Source: a virus
Taxonomy: Duplodnaviria; Caudoviricetes
Length of the DNA stretch: 64,000 bases
Reading direction: 5' to 3' (one strand)
Virus record (IMG/VR): IMGVR_UViG_2595698834_000001
Location: 1 to 64,000 of that record
Part shown: piece after piece, positions 8,458-16,429 of the stretch
How positions within the stretch are numbered: position 1 is the first letter of the stretch
Layout of the letters: each line of letters begins with the position of its first letter
Translations under genes and position numbers: made by a program
The notes under the pieces: model-generated
The model's input: the letters and a program-made list of their open reading frames with translations, nothing else
The model's database searches: none
What the model was told of the DNA's origin: nothing

Positions 8458-8706
8458 TTATACTCGTGTGTAAAAGTCGTTATAAGCCATTTCTTTAATG
8501 TTTGTGAATAGCCCTTCTGATAGGATGTGGGTACTTGCGTCATAAATCCATACAGCAAATTCAGCGTGACGGCTATGCTTTGCTAGAACTACCCTTAAAT
8601 GTTCGTATGCCTTGTTGTATAATGACAAAGGTCTATTCGTAACAAGTTCAAACCCTTTTAACTCCACTGATTCGGTAATGAGTTGGTCTAGTAAAAAATC
8701 TGTCAT
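8458..8706 (-). CDS. hypothetical early protein
   Basis: ATG 8706 with RBS AGGAGGAG. Confidence 0.7.
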   Translation of the reverse strand: MTDFLLDQLITESVELKGFELVTNRPLSLYNKAYEHLRVVLAKHSRHAEFAVWIYDASTHILSEGLFTNIKEMAYNDFYTRV

Positions 8707-8726
8707 TGTTTCTCCTCCTAAACAGG

Positions 8727-8879
8727 TCACATAATGTTAGTAGATATAATGACAGACAGAAGGAGAATGAACACACACCCTGCTAATAAATACGCACCGT
8801 AAAATAGTAGTGCGGAATCTTTTTCTAGCTCTTCTTCTTGAAAGAAATACAGATTGATTTTTCTAATAATGTTTTTCAT
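8727..8879 (-). CDS. small single-pass membrane protein
   Basis: ATG 8879 with RBS AGGAGGGG; hydrophobic C-terminal helix. Confidence 0.65.
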   Translation of the reverse strand: MKNIIRKINLYFFQEEELEKDSALLFYGAYLLAGCVFILLLSVIISTNIM

Positions 8880-8901
8880 TCTTTTCCCTCCTGTAAGTAC
8901 A

Positions 8902-9123
8902 TTATATGATGTAACATGCGTACCTGTCAATAATGTTTGTTGTAATGGGTTTTTCGTTAATAATCTCACCACGGGGAACCCACGACAAGACACCCGTATT
9001 AAAGTACGTTTCAGCATGGTGAAAACTGTTCCGAAAACTTAAAACAAGTTCAGACGCTTGCCCGTAACTTTCCAATGTAAGGAAAACGTCTTTACCATTG
9101 TAACGAAACTTTACAGAATACAT
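8902..9123 (-). CDS. hypothetical early protein
   Basis: RBS GGAG; promoter at 9146-9174. Confidence 0.55.
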   Translation of the reverse strand: MYSVKFRYNGKDVFLTLESYGQASELVLSFRNSFHHAETYFNTGVLSWVPRGEIINEKPITTNIIDRYACYII

Positions 9124-9205
9124 AGTATCAGCTCCGTATATAAATAGTATTATAAGGGTTGGTAATATGTCAACCCTTATTTTATGTTGGTTACTAAACT
9201 TTTTT

Positions 9206-9703
9206 TCAAGCCGTTGTGTGTTCCTCTAAAATCGCCATTACTTTACTGTCAAACTGGTCGAATGTGTCGTTGTTGTTTACATGCGTGCATAGTTCGTCAA
9301 GATCAGCGGCAATATTTTCATAAACCCCTTGACTTACTTCTTTACCTTTCAATTCTTCGTTAACTAGGTTAACTGAATAATTATACAAAACGGCATCAAG
9401 GTTTTTGTACAGCGATTCGGTGTAATACACATAGTACCCCGCTTGGAACATTTTAGTTAGGTTAAAGTTCGAAGTATCTACTAACCCACTGGATACAGCT
9501 TCTTCAATATACTCTTCGATGTGTTCCGCATTCTTCCACAGTTTACTGTCATAGGTCGGACTAAAGCTGTCCGCTATCTCTGTGATAGCGTCGCCAATAT
9601 AAGTATTTCCGTCATACTCATTTTCTAGTGATTGTAGTGCGTCCACCTCATCTTCTAAAATACCAATCAATCTATAGCCTGTAGTTTCTAACATGTAAAA
9701 CAT
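9206..9703 (-). CDS. Ocr (T7 gp0.3)-like DNA-mimic antirestriction protein
   Basis: By-eye match of DAITEIADSFSPTY and SGLVDT..LTKMFQAGYY..TESLY to Ocr [14 protein letters not shown] and [17 protein letters not shown]..TIDLW (Ocr recalled from memory); acidic. Confidence 0.6.
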   Translation of the reverse strand: MFYMLETTGYRLIGILEDEVDALQSLENEYDGNTYIGDAITEIADSFSPTYDSKLWKNAEHIEEYIEEAVSSGLVDTSNFNLTKMFQAGYYVYYTESLYKNLDAVLYNYSVNLVNEELKGKEVSQGVYENIAADLDELCTHVNNNDTFDQFDSKVMAILEEHTTA

Positions 9704-9771
9704 CTCCTTTAATTTTGTTATAGTTTTAGTTTTAGTATAGTATATTATTGACTAAATGTCAACCCTTTTTT

Positions 9772-9897
9772 TTATTTCTTGCTGCTGCTGCTATTTCCTG
9801 CACACTGGGCACATCTATTTCTATCATGTGATTCTCCTACCAAGTAAGCCACATTACATGTTTCACATAAGTCTACCCTATAATCAGCAAGTTTCAT
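9772..9897 (-). CDS. 41-aa CxxC...CxxC zinc-finger microprotein, absent from the ORF track
   Basis: RBS GAGGAGG and own promoter; MKLADYRVDLCETCNVAYLVGESHDRNRCAQCAGNSSSSKK. Confidence 0.7.
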   Translation of the reverse strand: MKLADYRVDLCETCNVAYLVGESHDRNRCAQCAGNSSSSKK

Positions 9898-9976
9898 ATG
9901 TAACAACCTCCTCTATTTGATAAACCTAGTATATCATGAGGGCTGACACTATGTCAACCCCTTTAGTGAAAAAGTT

Positions 9977-10279
9977 TTAAAGACCTAGATTAGTAAGCTC
10001 ACGGGCTTTACCTTTCAAAGTAATCAAGGCTCCTTCGTCAGTAATAACCATGTTTATATGTCCTTTTTCAGCTAAATCGACAAAGCACTCTACCGCACCC
10101 ATGACGTATAGACCTAGATCGTCTATAATGTCTTTAGCGTATACACCGTCTTCCGTTCCTTTTGAGTATGCGGACGTAGTTGTATTTTCTGCGATATAGA
10201 TCAAAATACGTCCTTCCGTTGGGGACACGTCCAGTGCCCTTACATCTTCACAAATGCGCCATGCTGATAATTCGGACAA
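9977..10279 (-). CDS. winged HTH protein, distant paralog of 118-462
   Basis: S/T..EG.I/V..Y, VYA..I and L..KG/KQ.I pattern. Confidence 0.65.
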   Translation of the reverse strand: MSELSAWRICEDVRALDVSPTEGRILIYIAENTTTSAYSKGTEDGVYAKDIIDDLGLYVMGAVECFVDLAEKGHINMVITDEGALITLKGKARELTNLGL

Positions 10280-10288
10280 AACTCCCCA

Positions 10289-10618
10289 TCATGAAGTGCA
10301 TACCTTTTGCGTACCGCCCAACCCTTCAACTCCCCAGTATTGGACGGCACCAAGGATAAAGTGTTCAACATCTTCTAGGGCTTCGTCAAGGCTTTCAAAC
10401 CCTCCAAATGATGCCACGTCTTTCGGGTTCGGTATGTCTTCTACTGAAAGGATCAATTCACTCAGTACATAGAAAGTAGGTTCATCTCCTGTAGTGGGTT
10501 GTACTTCTACATAACCGTATACCCCTTCGCTGTCTTCGTCTTCTCTCATGAAAATGCCGCCATGCCCTTTCCAGTTTACATCGCCGTAATTAGTCCAATG
10601 TTTTTCCATTTTCTCCAT
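10289..10618 (-). CDS. acidic hypothetical early protein
   Basis: RBS AAGGAG; leader similar to that of 7788-8360. Confidence 0.75.
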   Translation of the reverse strand: MEKMEKHWTNYGDVNWKGHGGIFMREDEDSEGVYGYVEVQPTTGDEPTFYVLSELILSVEDIPNPKDVASFGGFESLDEALEDVEHFILGAVQYWGVEGLGGTQKVCTS

Positions 10619-10716
10619 CTCCTTTAAGGTTTATGTATTACGTGAATGTGTGTTCCTGTCTTGCTTAACTTAATGGTATCAAAGAGTTGATTTTATGTCA
10701 ACCCTTGTTTAAAAAA

Positions 10717-10899
10717 TTATTTTAGGTTAAGAAACCTCATAATGCTTTCGGTGTCGTCGTATGTGTAGTCAGACAAAAACTCTTCAACGGTCATAGATAG
10801 GTTAACTTCTTTCATCCACTGCTTAAGCGTCAGTTCACTTACTCTTACTCTGTCTTTATAGCCGTCTAAATCAAAAATTTTCGATTGTGCGTTTGGCAT
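10717..10899 (-). CDS. hypothetical early protein
   Basis: RBS AAGGAGG; own promoter. Confidence 0.7.
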   Translation of the reverse strand: MPNAQSKIFDLDGYKDRVRVSELTLKQWMKEVNLSMTVEEFLSDYTYDDTESIMRFLNLK

Positions 10900-10963
10900 T
10901 GTTCGTGTCCTCCTTTAAGTTGTTACCTTTAGTATACTATGACAGTTGCTTTAATGTCAACCC

Positions 10964-11337
10964 CTATTTATAGAAAATTTGTTTATCCTTTAAGATGACT
11001 GTGTTTGCGGTGCTGATGGGCTGATGTGTCTCTGTATCGACGAAACTATTAAACTTGTAAGGGTTGTATGTGGCTTCCCTGTACGTTTCATCTATATGCG
11101 CCTTACGTCCTGTTTGAGCGTTCCAATTACATATGCGTGAACATTCTTACGCTTTTCTTTTAAAACCTTATCACGACCCTTCTGATTGACTTTAAAGGTA
11201 ACATCTGAAATAGTTACTATAAAAGAGTGACACACGACCTGTTCGTTTTGCTTAACACTGAATACCTTCTTATGTAGATTAAAATAAACTTTCGATACTA
11301 CACCGGACTTCACTTCTCTACCTTTGTACGTTTGCAT
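10964..11337 (-). pseudogene. conserved phage protein split by a 1-nt frameshift (real or sequencing error)
   Basis: VYFNLHK...KRKNVHAYVIG in frame 0; the expected YNPYK..FV..P continues in the -1 frame to TAG at 10964. Confidence 0.7.
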
Positions 11338-11461
11338 TGGTTAGCTCTCCTTTTGTCTTCTCCTCTATAGTATACTGGTATTGATTAAATGTAAACCCTA
11401 AAATAAAAAAAATTAGCAGCACGGATTTTTTTTCTACCATGCTGCTCGGGTTAAACTGAAA

Positions 11462-11546
11462 CTGTGTAGGGAGCTACTAAGGAAATTCCTATTCTGTGTA
11501 GGGAGCTACTAAGGAAATTCCTATTCTGTGTAGGGAGCTACTAAGC
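11462..11546. repeat. 32-bp tandem repeat, 2.6 copies (CTGTGTAGGGAGCTACTAAGGAAATTCCTATT); a 20-bp copy at 12691-12710
   Basis: Units start at 11462, 11494 and 11526; no spacers. Confidence 0.95.
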
Positions 11547-11924
11547 GTTTGGTAGCTTCTCCATAACTTCGCTAACCCATTCCCGAAGGTACTTCTCCTC
11601 CGGAGTATCTTCTTCATTCTCGTCTAGCCCCATCCACCCGTACGGAGGCTCAGTTTCGATCCACACTCCTGTTAGAGTATCGTATATTTGAATATGGTCA
11701 GCAGAACTCAAGTCACGTCTTGCAACGTCCCACTCGTACCTAACGTCTTTTCCGGGAACTGTGGAAGAGTCTGCAAGGTCGAAGTCCATTAAAAGGAATT
11801 TCTCGACGTCCTGTCTGTTATCGAGTACTCGATCTAAGTCTATCATTCCTCCTCCGGGGTACCAATCATAAAAGCTAAACAGCAGGTACTGACCTGTAGG
11901 ATTAGTGTGTACACTCATAATCAC
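11541..11924 (-). CDS. acidic hypothetical protein
   Basis: YLLF..Y.WYPGGG..D motif; RBS. Confidence 0.75.
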   Translation of the reverse strand: MIMSVHTNPTGQYLLFSFYDWYPGGGMIDLDRVLDNRQDVEKFLLMDFDLADSSTVPGKDVRYEWDVARRDLSSADHIQIYDTLTGVWIETEPPYGWMGLDENEEDTPEEKYLREWVSEVMEKLPNA

Positions 11925-12316
11925 TCGTCCTCCTTGATATGCTTATTTGCCTTAAGCTCGTCTACATACTTGTCTAAGAGTGTTTCAAGGGGCGTTCTTT
12001 TTAAAGAAAACTCCGCAGCAATGTTTTTCTTGATATTGTCGATAGGACGTTGTACTTCATAGTCTCGTGTAGTAACTAGAGCAAGGACTTCCGGTAACGG
12101 GAGGCTGAATAGATTGCCGTAGGTACGGGCAAGTTGTTCCCTAGAGGATGGCACGAAGGACGAAGTACCTCGGATAACGGCAGTGACAGTTTTATGATCC
12201 TCTATAGCAGTCTCGACTAGTTCAGGGATAGTAAAGCTTTCTCTCTCCCAAAGATATTTTACTAACTCTACATGAACCTCATATGTGACAATTAAAGTTT
12301 GTTTTGTTTTTTCCAC
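11921..12316 (-). CDS. hypothetical protein
   Basis: ORF track; operon coupling. Confidence 0.7.
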   Translation of the reverse strand: MEKTKQTLIVTYEVHVELVKYLWERESFTIPELVETAIEDHKTVTAVIRGTSSFVPSSREQLARTYGNLFSLPLPEVLALVTTRDYEVQRPIDNIKKNIAAEFSLKRTPLETLLDKYVDELKANKHIKEDE

Positions 12317-12317
12317 T

Positions 12318-12515
12318 CTAAAAAACTCCTTCGCTTAAAGTTGATAATATAAGGTGGTTTAGCTGACTTATAATCTTAGCAGCAAACATCTCAGATCTTG
12401 TGGTTTCCTTTAGCTCTTTTTGTGGTACTATTTTTTGTAATTTTTTGAGCAACTTTGTCCATGTGAGCTCCTCCTTTAACCTAGGTAATATCCTTTTCTC
12501 ACTACTTCGTCCCAC
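12318..12515 (-). CDS. hypothetical protein (start uncertain)
   Basis: Fills an operon gap. Confidence 0.4.
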   Translation of the reverse strand: MGRSSEKRILPRLKEELTWTKLLKKLQKIVPQKELKETTRSEMFAAKIISQLNHLILSTLSEGVF

Positions 12516-12676
12516 TCTGTTTGAGTAAAGACTCGACTTTCTCGCTTAATAGACCCGTAACAGTTTGTAGTAATGTCCGCTGTTACAAACTTTTTTCCCG
12601 GTACTTCTTTTGTCCACTCTGCTCTATAAGGGTTAACGCTATGAATCTCAACGATGTGGTATTCAAGTACGTTCAT
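12476..12676 (-). CDS. hypothetical protein
   Basis: ATG 12676 with RBS AAGGAGG. Confidence 0.7.
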   Translation of the reverse strand: MNVLEYHIVEIHSVNPYRAEWTKEVPGKKFVTADITTNCYGSIKRESRVFTQTEWDEVVRKGYYLG

Positions 12677-12790
12677 GGGTTTTCCTCCTTTGTGTAGGGA
12701 GCTACTAAGCAATTAGCAGCTCGTTGTTATTAACTATAGTTTATCCTACAGTTGACTATATGTCAACCATGTATTTTTAAATTCGCTAGG

Positions 12791-13645
12791 TTACTTAAGC
12801 TTAAGGAGCCTCTGCTCTATCAGCTTTATAGCGAGCTGATACTCTTCAAACACACTAGGGTTCAGGTATTTATGGCTCTTCTCGACCGCTTCTGAGAACT
12901 GCTCTAAAGTACCATTGAAACATCCTCGATTACAGAGAACTTCCCCATCTCTGTCTAAGTACGCAGTTAAAGTTCCATTATTGCTCCCGATAGGATGGAT
13001 TACAAGCACATCAGAAGGGCGTGTAATACAAGCTCTGTCGTCTACAGTTGCTTGTCCGTCTAATCTCGCTGAAAGACGAATTGAAGCGGCTCCTCGCACC
13101 TCTGCATCTCCTGAAATAATCGCATGATCTTCTATCTTCGCTTTTCCTTGTATTTTTGCATACCCTCTCGCAGTAGAAAAATCTCTAACATTTGCAGACC
13201 CCGAGACTACTGCATTTCGAGATACGTGAGCAGACCCTGTTACTACTGCGTAGCCTAAAATCTTTGCATTGTCATATACAACGGCGTTCTCATCAACTAC
13301 AGCTGCATCTCGGACTCGGACGTTGCTATGTACCCTAGCATTGCCTAATACTTGAGCGTCATCATAAACTTTAGCGTTACCGTAGACCCAGCAGTCACCT
13401 GTGTGGGACAGGTTGTCCTCTTGCTGTATATACCCTCCTAAGTCCCCTTCGAATACGTTAGAAAAATCTCGAACTGCTTGTATTCTATAGAGTGTGCTAC
13501 CATTAGGTGCTACTAATGTGTCTCCCTCTAGTAAAATATATTTCTGTTGTTCTGCGTTTTCCATTGTTAACTCCTCCTCAGAACCAAGGTAGTCGATTAC
13601 AAACTCAAACCTCACTTTGGTTTTCAGTGTCAGTTTTTTACTCAT
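12791..13645 (-). CDS. left-handed beta-helix (hexapeptide repeat) phage protein
   Basis: LYRIQAVRDF..V..GDLGGYI, WVYGNAKVYDDAQV repeats and RGCFNGTLEQF tail; second in-frame start with a strong RBS at 13564. Confidence 0.85.
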   Translation of the reverse strand: MSKKLTLKTKVRFEFVIDYLGSEEELTMENAEQQKYILLEGDTLVAPNGSTLYRIQAVRDFSNVFEGDLGGYIQQEDNLSHTGDCWVYGNAKVYDDAQVLGNARVHSNVRVRDAAVVDENAVVYDNAKILGYAVVTGSAHVSRNAVVSGSANVRDFSTARGYAKIQGKAKIEDHAIISGDAEVRGAASIRLSARLDGQATVDDRACITRPSDVLVIHPIGSNNGTLTAYLDRDGEVLCNRGCFNGTLEQFSEAVEKSHKYLNPSVFEEYQLAIKLIEQRLLKLK

Positions 13646-13853
13646 ACTCTATTCCTCCGATGGGTTATGTTTACTGTAACTACAGTATAACCTACAGTTT
13701 CATAGATTGTCAACGTCAAAATAAAAAAATAGCCTACAAACGCTGAACAGCTAGTAGGCTTAACCACGATCCCATCCTTTAGTCACAGCAGCACCTTGTC
13801 TGTATCTCTATAGTAACGCCTCTGTAACTTATAGTCAGTAGCTACTTGGTAGT

Positions 13854-14078
13854 TTATTCAAAGAATTTTTGTCTCTCCTTTAGTCGTCTATTTTCCTCTT
13901 CTAATTCGGCAATGTACTCTTCGTATTGTTGATACTGATCTTGTCTACCTTCATTCATCTTACTATAGATAGAGTAGAAGTAGACCACCGCAACTGGAAT
14001 ACCTACGATCGGACCGAACAAAATAAACATCATGAACGAAGCTAAAAATCCTCCAAATATTACTGTTTGTGTACTCAT
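13854..14078 (-). CDS. small membrane protein with coiled-coil tail
   Basis: Hydrophobic hairpin; RBS AAGGAGG. Confidence 0.7.
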   Translation of the reverse strand: MSTQTVIFGGFLASFMMFILFGPIVGIPVAVVYFYSIYSKMNEGRQDQYQQYEEYIAELEEENRRLKERQKFFE

Positions 14079-14132
14079 TAGTATTACCTCCTTGGTTTAA
14101 TCTATGTTACAGTCGACTAAAACTTGACAACT

Positions 14133-14975
14133 TTATTTGTTAGTGGTGCTACCGCTGTGGTTTGTTGCCTTCTTTGTACGATCAGTAAAGACAGCTTTAA
14201 TGAGTCCTAGCTTCTTGTCAAAGGAGCCGTCTTTGTAGAATGAGTTCAGCTGTGTATAATAGTTATAAAGGTCAAGTAGAGAGTCTATGTCCATGTTCGT
14301 CATTTCATATGCTCTTGGTTGTTGGATTGGCGTGACATTCTCCCACTCGTCCTGATTTCCTCGAGCAAAGTTTTGATGTGGTGCTTTCTGAAAGGATTTC
14401 ACGCTTTCTTGCTCTACCTCCTGCTCCGAAAACGTGCTTAAAGCGTCTAGTGGTAATGCCTCAAATTTCTCGTCAAAATAGACGTGCTCATTCAACCCCT
14501 TGAGACAAAAATCGCCATTCTCTTCCATCTCGGATAATTCTGCCTTGAGTACTTCTTTATTTATACCTTCAGATGCTTCTAGTAGATACGAAGTTGTTAC
14601 CGCCACTATCAACTCTTCATCTTTGTCTTTTACGTAGGGAGCTGAGTCAGCCCGAAGTTTAATCTCTCGCATCAGTGTTGCAAGCTCGGCTAGAGGTTCG
14701 GAACGTATAATATATCTTAAGGTGTTGAAATGATCTTGAATAAAGCAACACACCTTACAGTTCGGGTCAACTCTACACGCAGGACAACTGTGTCTATTTT
14801 GATTCATTACTCCGGTATCAACAAATCCCGTAAGCCATTCGTACACATGAAGAACGGTAGAGTTTCCTAGCATAGATTTTACTCCTACACTGTTCACCGC
14901 TCTGTATAATGCGCCTTTGACTACTTGAGGCGGCAAGTCTCTAACTCTAGGATTAACCGTTATTTCTCTACTCAT
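14133..14975 (-). CDS. hypothetical protein with Cys cluster (CPAC..C..CC)
   Basis: ATG 14975 with RBS AAGGAG. Confidence 0.75.
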   Translation of the reverse strand: MSREITVNPRVRDLPPQVVKGALYRAVNSVGVKSMLGNSTVLHVYEWLTGFVDTGVMNQNRHSCPACRVDPNCKVCCFIQDHFNTLRYIIRSEPLAELATLMREIKLRADSAPYVKDKDEELIVAVTTSYLLEASEGINKEVLKAELSEMEENGDFCLKGLNEHVYFDEKFEALPLDALSTFSEQEVEQESVKSFQKAPHQNFARGNQDEWENVTPIQQPRAYEMTNMDIDSLLDLYNYYTQLNSFYKDGSFDKKLGLIKAVFTDRTKKATNHSGSTTNK

Positions 14976-15023
14976 ATAGACCATCTCCTTCTTTAATAGT
15001 AATGAAAAGGTGACCGCAGCCAC

Positions 15024-15110
15024 CTAAGTTTTATTTTTATTTCTGAGAAGTAGGAACCACCCTACTACTGCGATGATGCTAACCCCACTAAGGATTCCCC
15101 ATAGTTGCAT
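15024..15110 (-). CDS. 28-aa membrane peptide
   Basis: RBS AGGAGGGG; MQLWGILSGVSIIAVVGWFLLLRNKNKT. Confidence 0.55.
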   Translation of the reverse strand: MQLWGILSGVSIIAVVGWFLLLRNKNKT

Positions 15111-15111
15111 A

Positions 15112-15333
15112 TTAAGCCCCTCCTTTAACCATTTGAATCGCTTGATCAAACACCTCCATTGACATTGTACGATTCTTTTTAAACTTCCAGCCCTCGTTTG
15201 TAAGCTGCTTTTCTGCAATAGATACGTATTCTCTTCCTTTAAGTGTACATAGGCTGACATCATGGTGACGTTTTTCAGTCTCCTCGTATGTGCCTAGTAG
15301 TTGTTCTGAATCCCATGAGAATTGTTTTGCCAT
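15112..15333 (-). CDS. PC4/YdbC-like ssDNA-binding protein
   Basis: VSL..LKGREYVSI......EGWK..K..TMS.E.F pattern. Confidence 0.65.
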   Translation of the reverse strand: MAKQFSWDSEQLLGTYEETEKRHHDVSLCTLKGREYVSIAEKQLTNEGWKFKKNRTMSMEVFDQAIQMVKGGA

Positions 15334-15398
15334 GAATATTTCATCCTTTCTATATGTTATACTCTCAATATACGATAACGGAGCTGTAATGTCAACCC

Positions 15399-15875
15399 CT
15401 AATCTTCGATTGTTTTATCAATTGCTTGAGCTGCTCGTTTAAACTTCTCGAAGTCAAGCTTTGGGACACTGTACTGAATTAGTTGGATGATTTCTTTGTC
15501 TTTGATAACCATCAATAGACAGTTTGCAAGATTGTATAGATAAGTTACACGGTTGTCGCTATGGTAAGCATAATACTCGACTAGCACCGTTCCTCTGTTC
15601 ACTTCGCTCTGAAGTAAAATGACCTCATTTTCAGTCTGAATTTGACCGAACTTGTATAGTATGACGCTGTTTGACACCTCTACCCAGTGTATGCCTGTTT
15701 TGCTAGTGTGATACCCTTGTACATCTACATGAGGGGCAGCATCCTCCATAATACGATTACTGTTTAGGATGGAGAGCATCTCTTCCTGTCTCTCCTTCTC
15801 CGCTCTTTCCTGCTTAGCTCGTTTCTTACTTGGTAGTAGTTCTGTAAGCTTCGTTAACCTTGATTTAATTTTCAT
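15399..15875 (-). CDS. conserved hypothetical protein
   Basis: RBS GAGGAGGGG. Confidence 0.75.
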   Translation of the reverse strand: MKIKSRLTKLTELLPSKKRAKQERAEKERQEEMLSILNSNRIMEDAAPHVDVQGYHTSKTGIHWVEVSNSVILYKFGQIQTENEVILLQSEVNRGTVLVEYYAYHSDNRVTYLYNLANCLLMVIKDKEIIQLIQYSVPKLDFEKFKRAAQAIDKTIED

Positions 15876-15926
15876 TTAATACCCCTCCTCTATTGACAGC
15901 AAAGAGCGGACATGGTAAAGTTAACA

Positions 15927-15989
15927 TGTACCTTTTCCAATATCAGTCCCTATTTTTGGTGGTGTCGAACTTATCGGCACCTCTTTTTT
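15927..15989 (+). ncRNA. putative small RNA of about 60 nt, antisense to the operon
   Basis: TTGACA(15893)-N17-TAAAGT with extended TG; terminator GGTGTCGA-ACTTA-TCGGCACC-TCTTTTTT; no RBS. Confidence 0.55.
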
Positions 15990-16297
15990 GCGTTTAATGG
16001 GTGTTCCTCGAACATTAAAAAGCTGAACTTTTTCTCATTTTTCGCTTTCAGATACCAGTAAACCACTTGGCTTGCTTCCTTTTCAAACCCTTCCGAGAAA
16101 GTCCAGCCAACTACCCTTGAATCGTCGGATAGAGAGACGACATGACTACCCTCCTTGTCGGTCTTAAATTTAACAATTCCATCTTCTTTTTCTACATAAA
16201 CATGACTGAACCCCACTTGATGGATACCCTCCTCGCCGTCCCATTCCTTATCATAAGGAACTATAAGCACTACCTGAAAGTCGTTCTCCTGCGTCAC
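15971..16297 (-). CDS. hypothetical protein
   Basis: RBS GGGAGG. Confidence 0.7.
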   Translation of the reverse strand: MTQENDFQVVLIVPYDKEWDGEEGIHQVGFSHVYVEKEDGIVKFKTDKEGSHVVSLSDDSRVVGWTFSEGFEKEASQVVYWYLKAKNEKKFSFLMFEEHPLNAKKRCR

Positions 16298-16345
16298 TAC
16301 TATTCCTCCCCTTAAGTTAAAGTAACAAAGATACTACACAGCACA

Positions 16346-16429
16346 TTACATTCCGCTCTTAACTAAAATAGTGAAAATACCCATAGGTACGCCAATCGCA
16401 ATTACAGCCAACGTAATAAGTAGTAGCAT
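16346..16429 (-). CDS. 27-aa membrane peptide
   Basis: RBS AAGGAGG; own promoter. Confidence 0.55.
   Translation of the reverse strand: MLLLITLAVIAIGVPMGIFTILVKSGM

Noticed and set aside
11462-11546. CRISPR array
   Set aside because: The repeats are contiguous with no spacers, and no cas genes are in the window.
501-12770. Integron attC cassette array
   Set aside because: No integrase is present, the repeats are promoters, and they lack the attC R/L box structure. Only the analogy is kept.
15961-15989. tracrRNA-like 3' hairpin (GGCACC)
   Set aside because: A short coincidental match with no anti-repeat or nexus; treated as an ordinary terminator.
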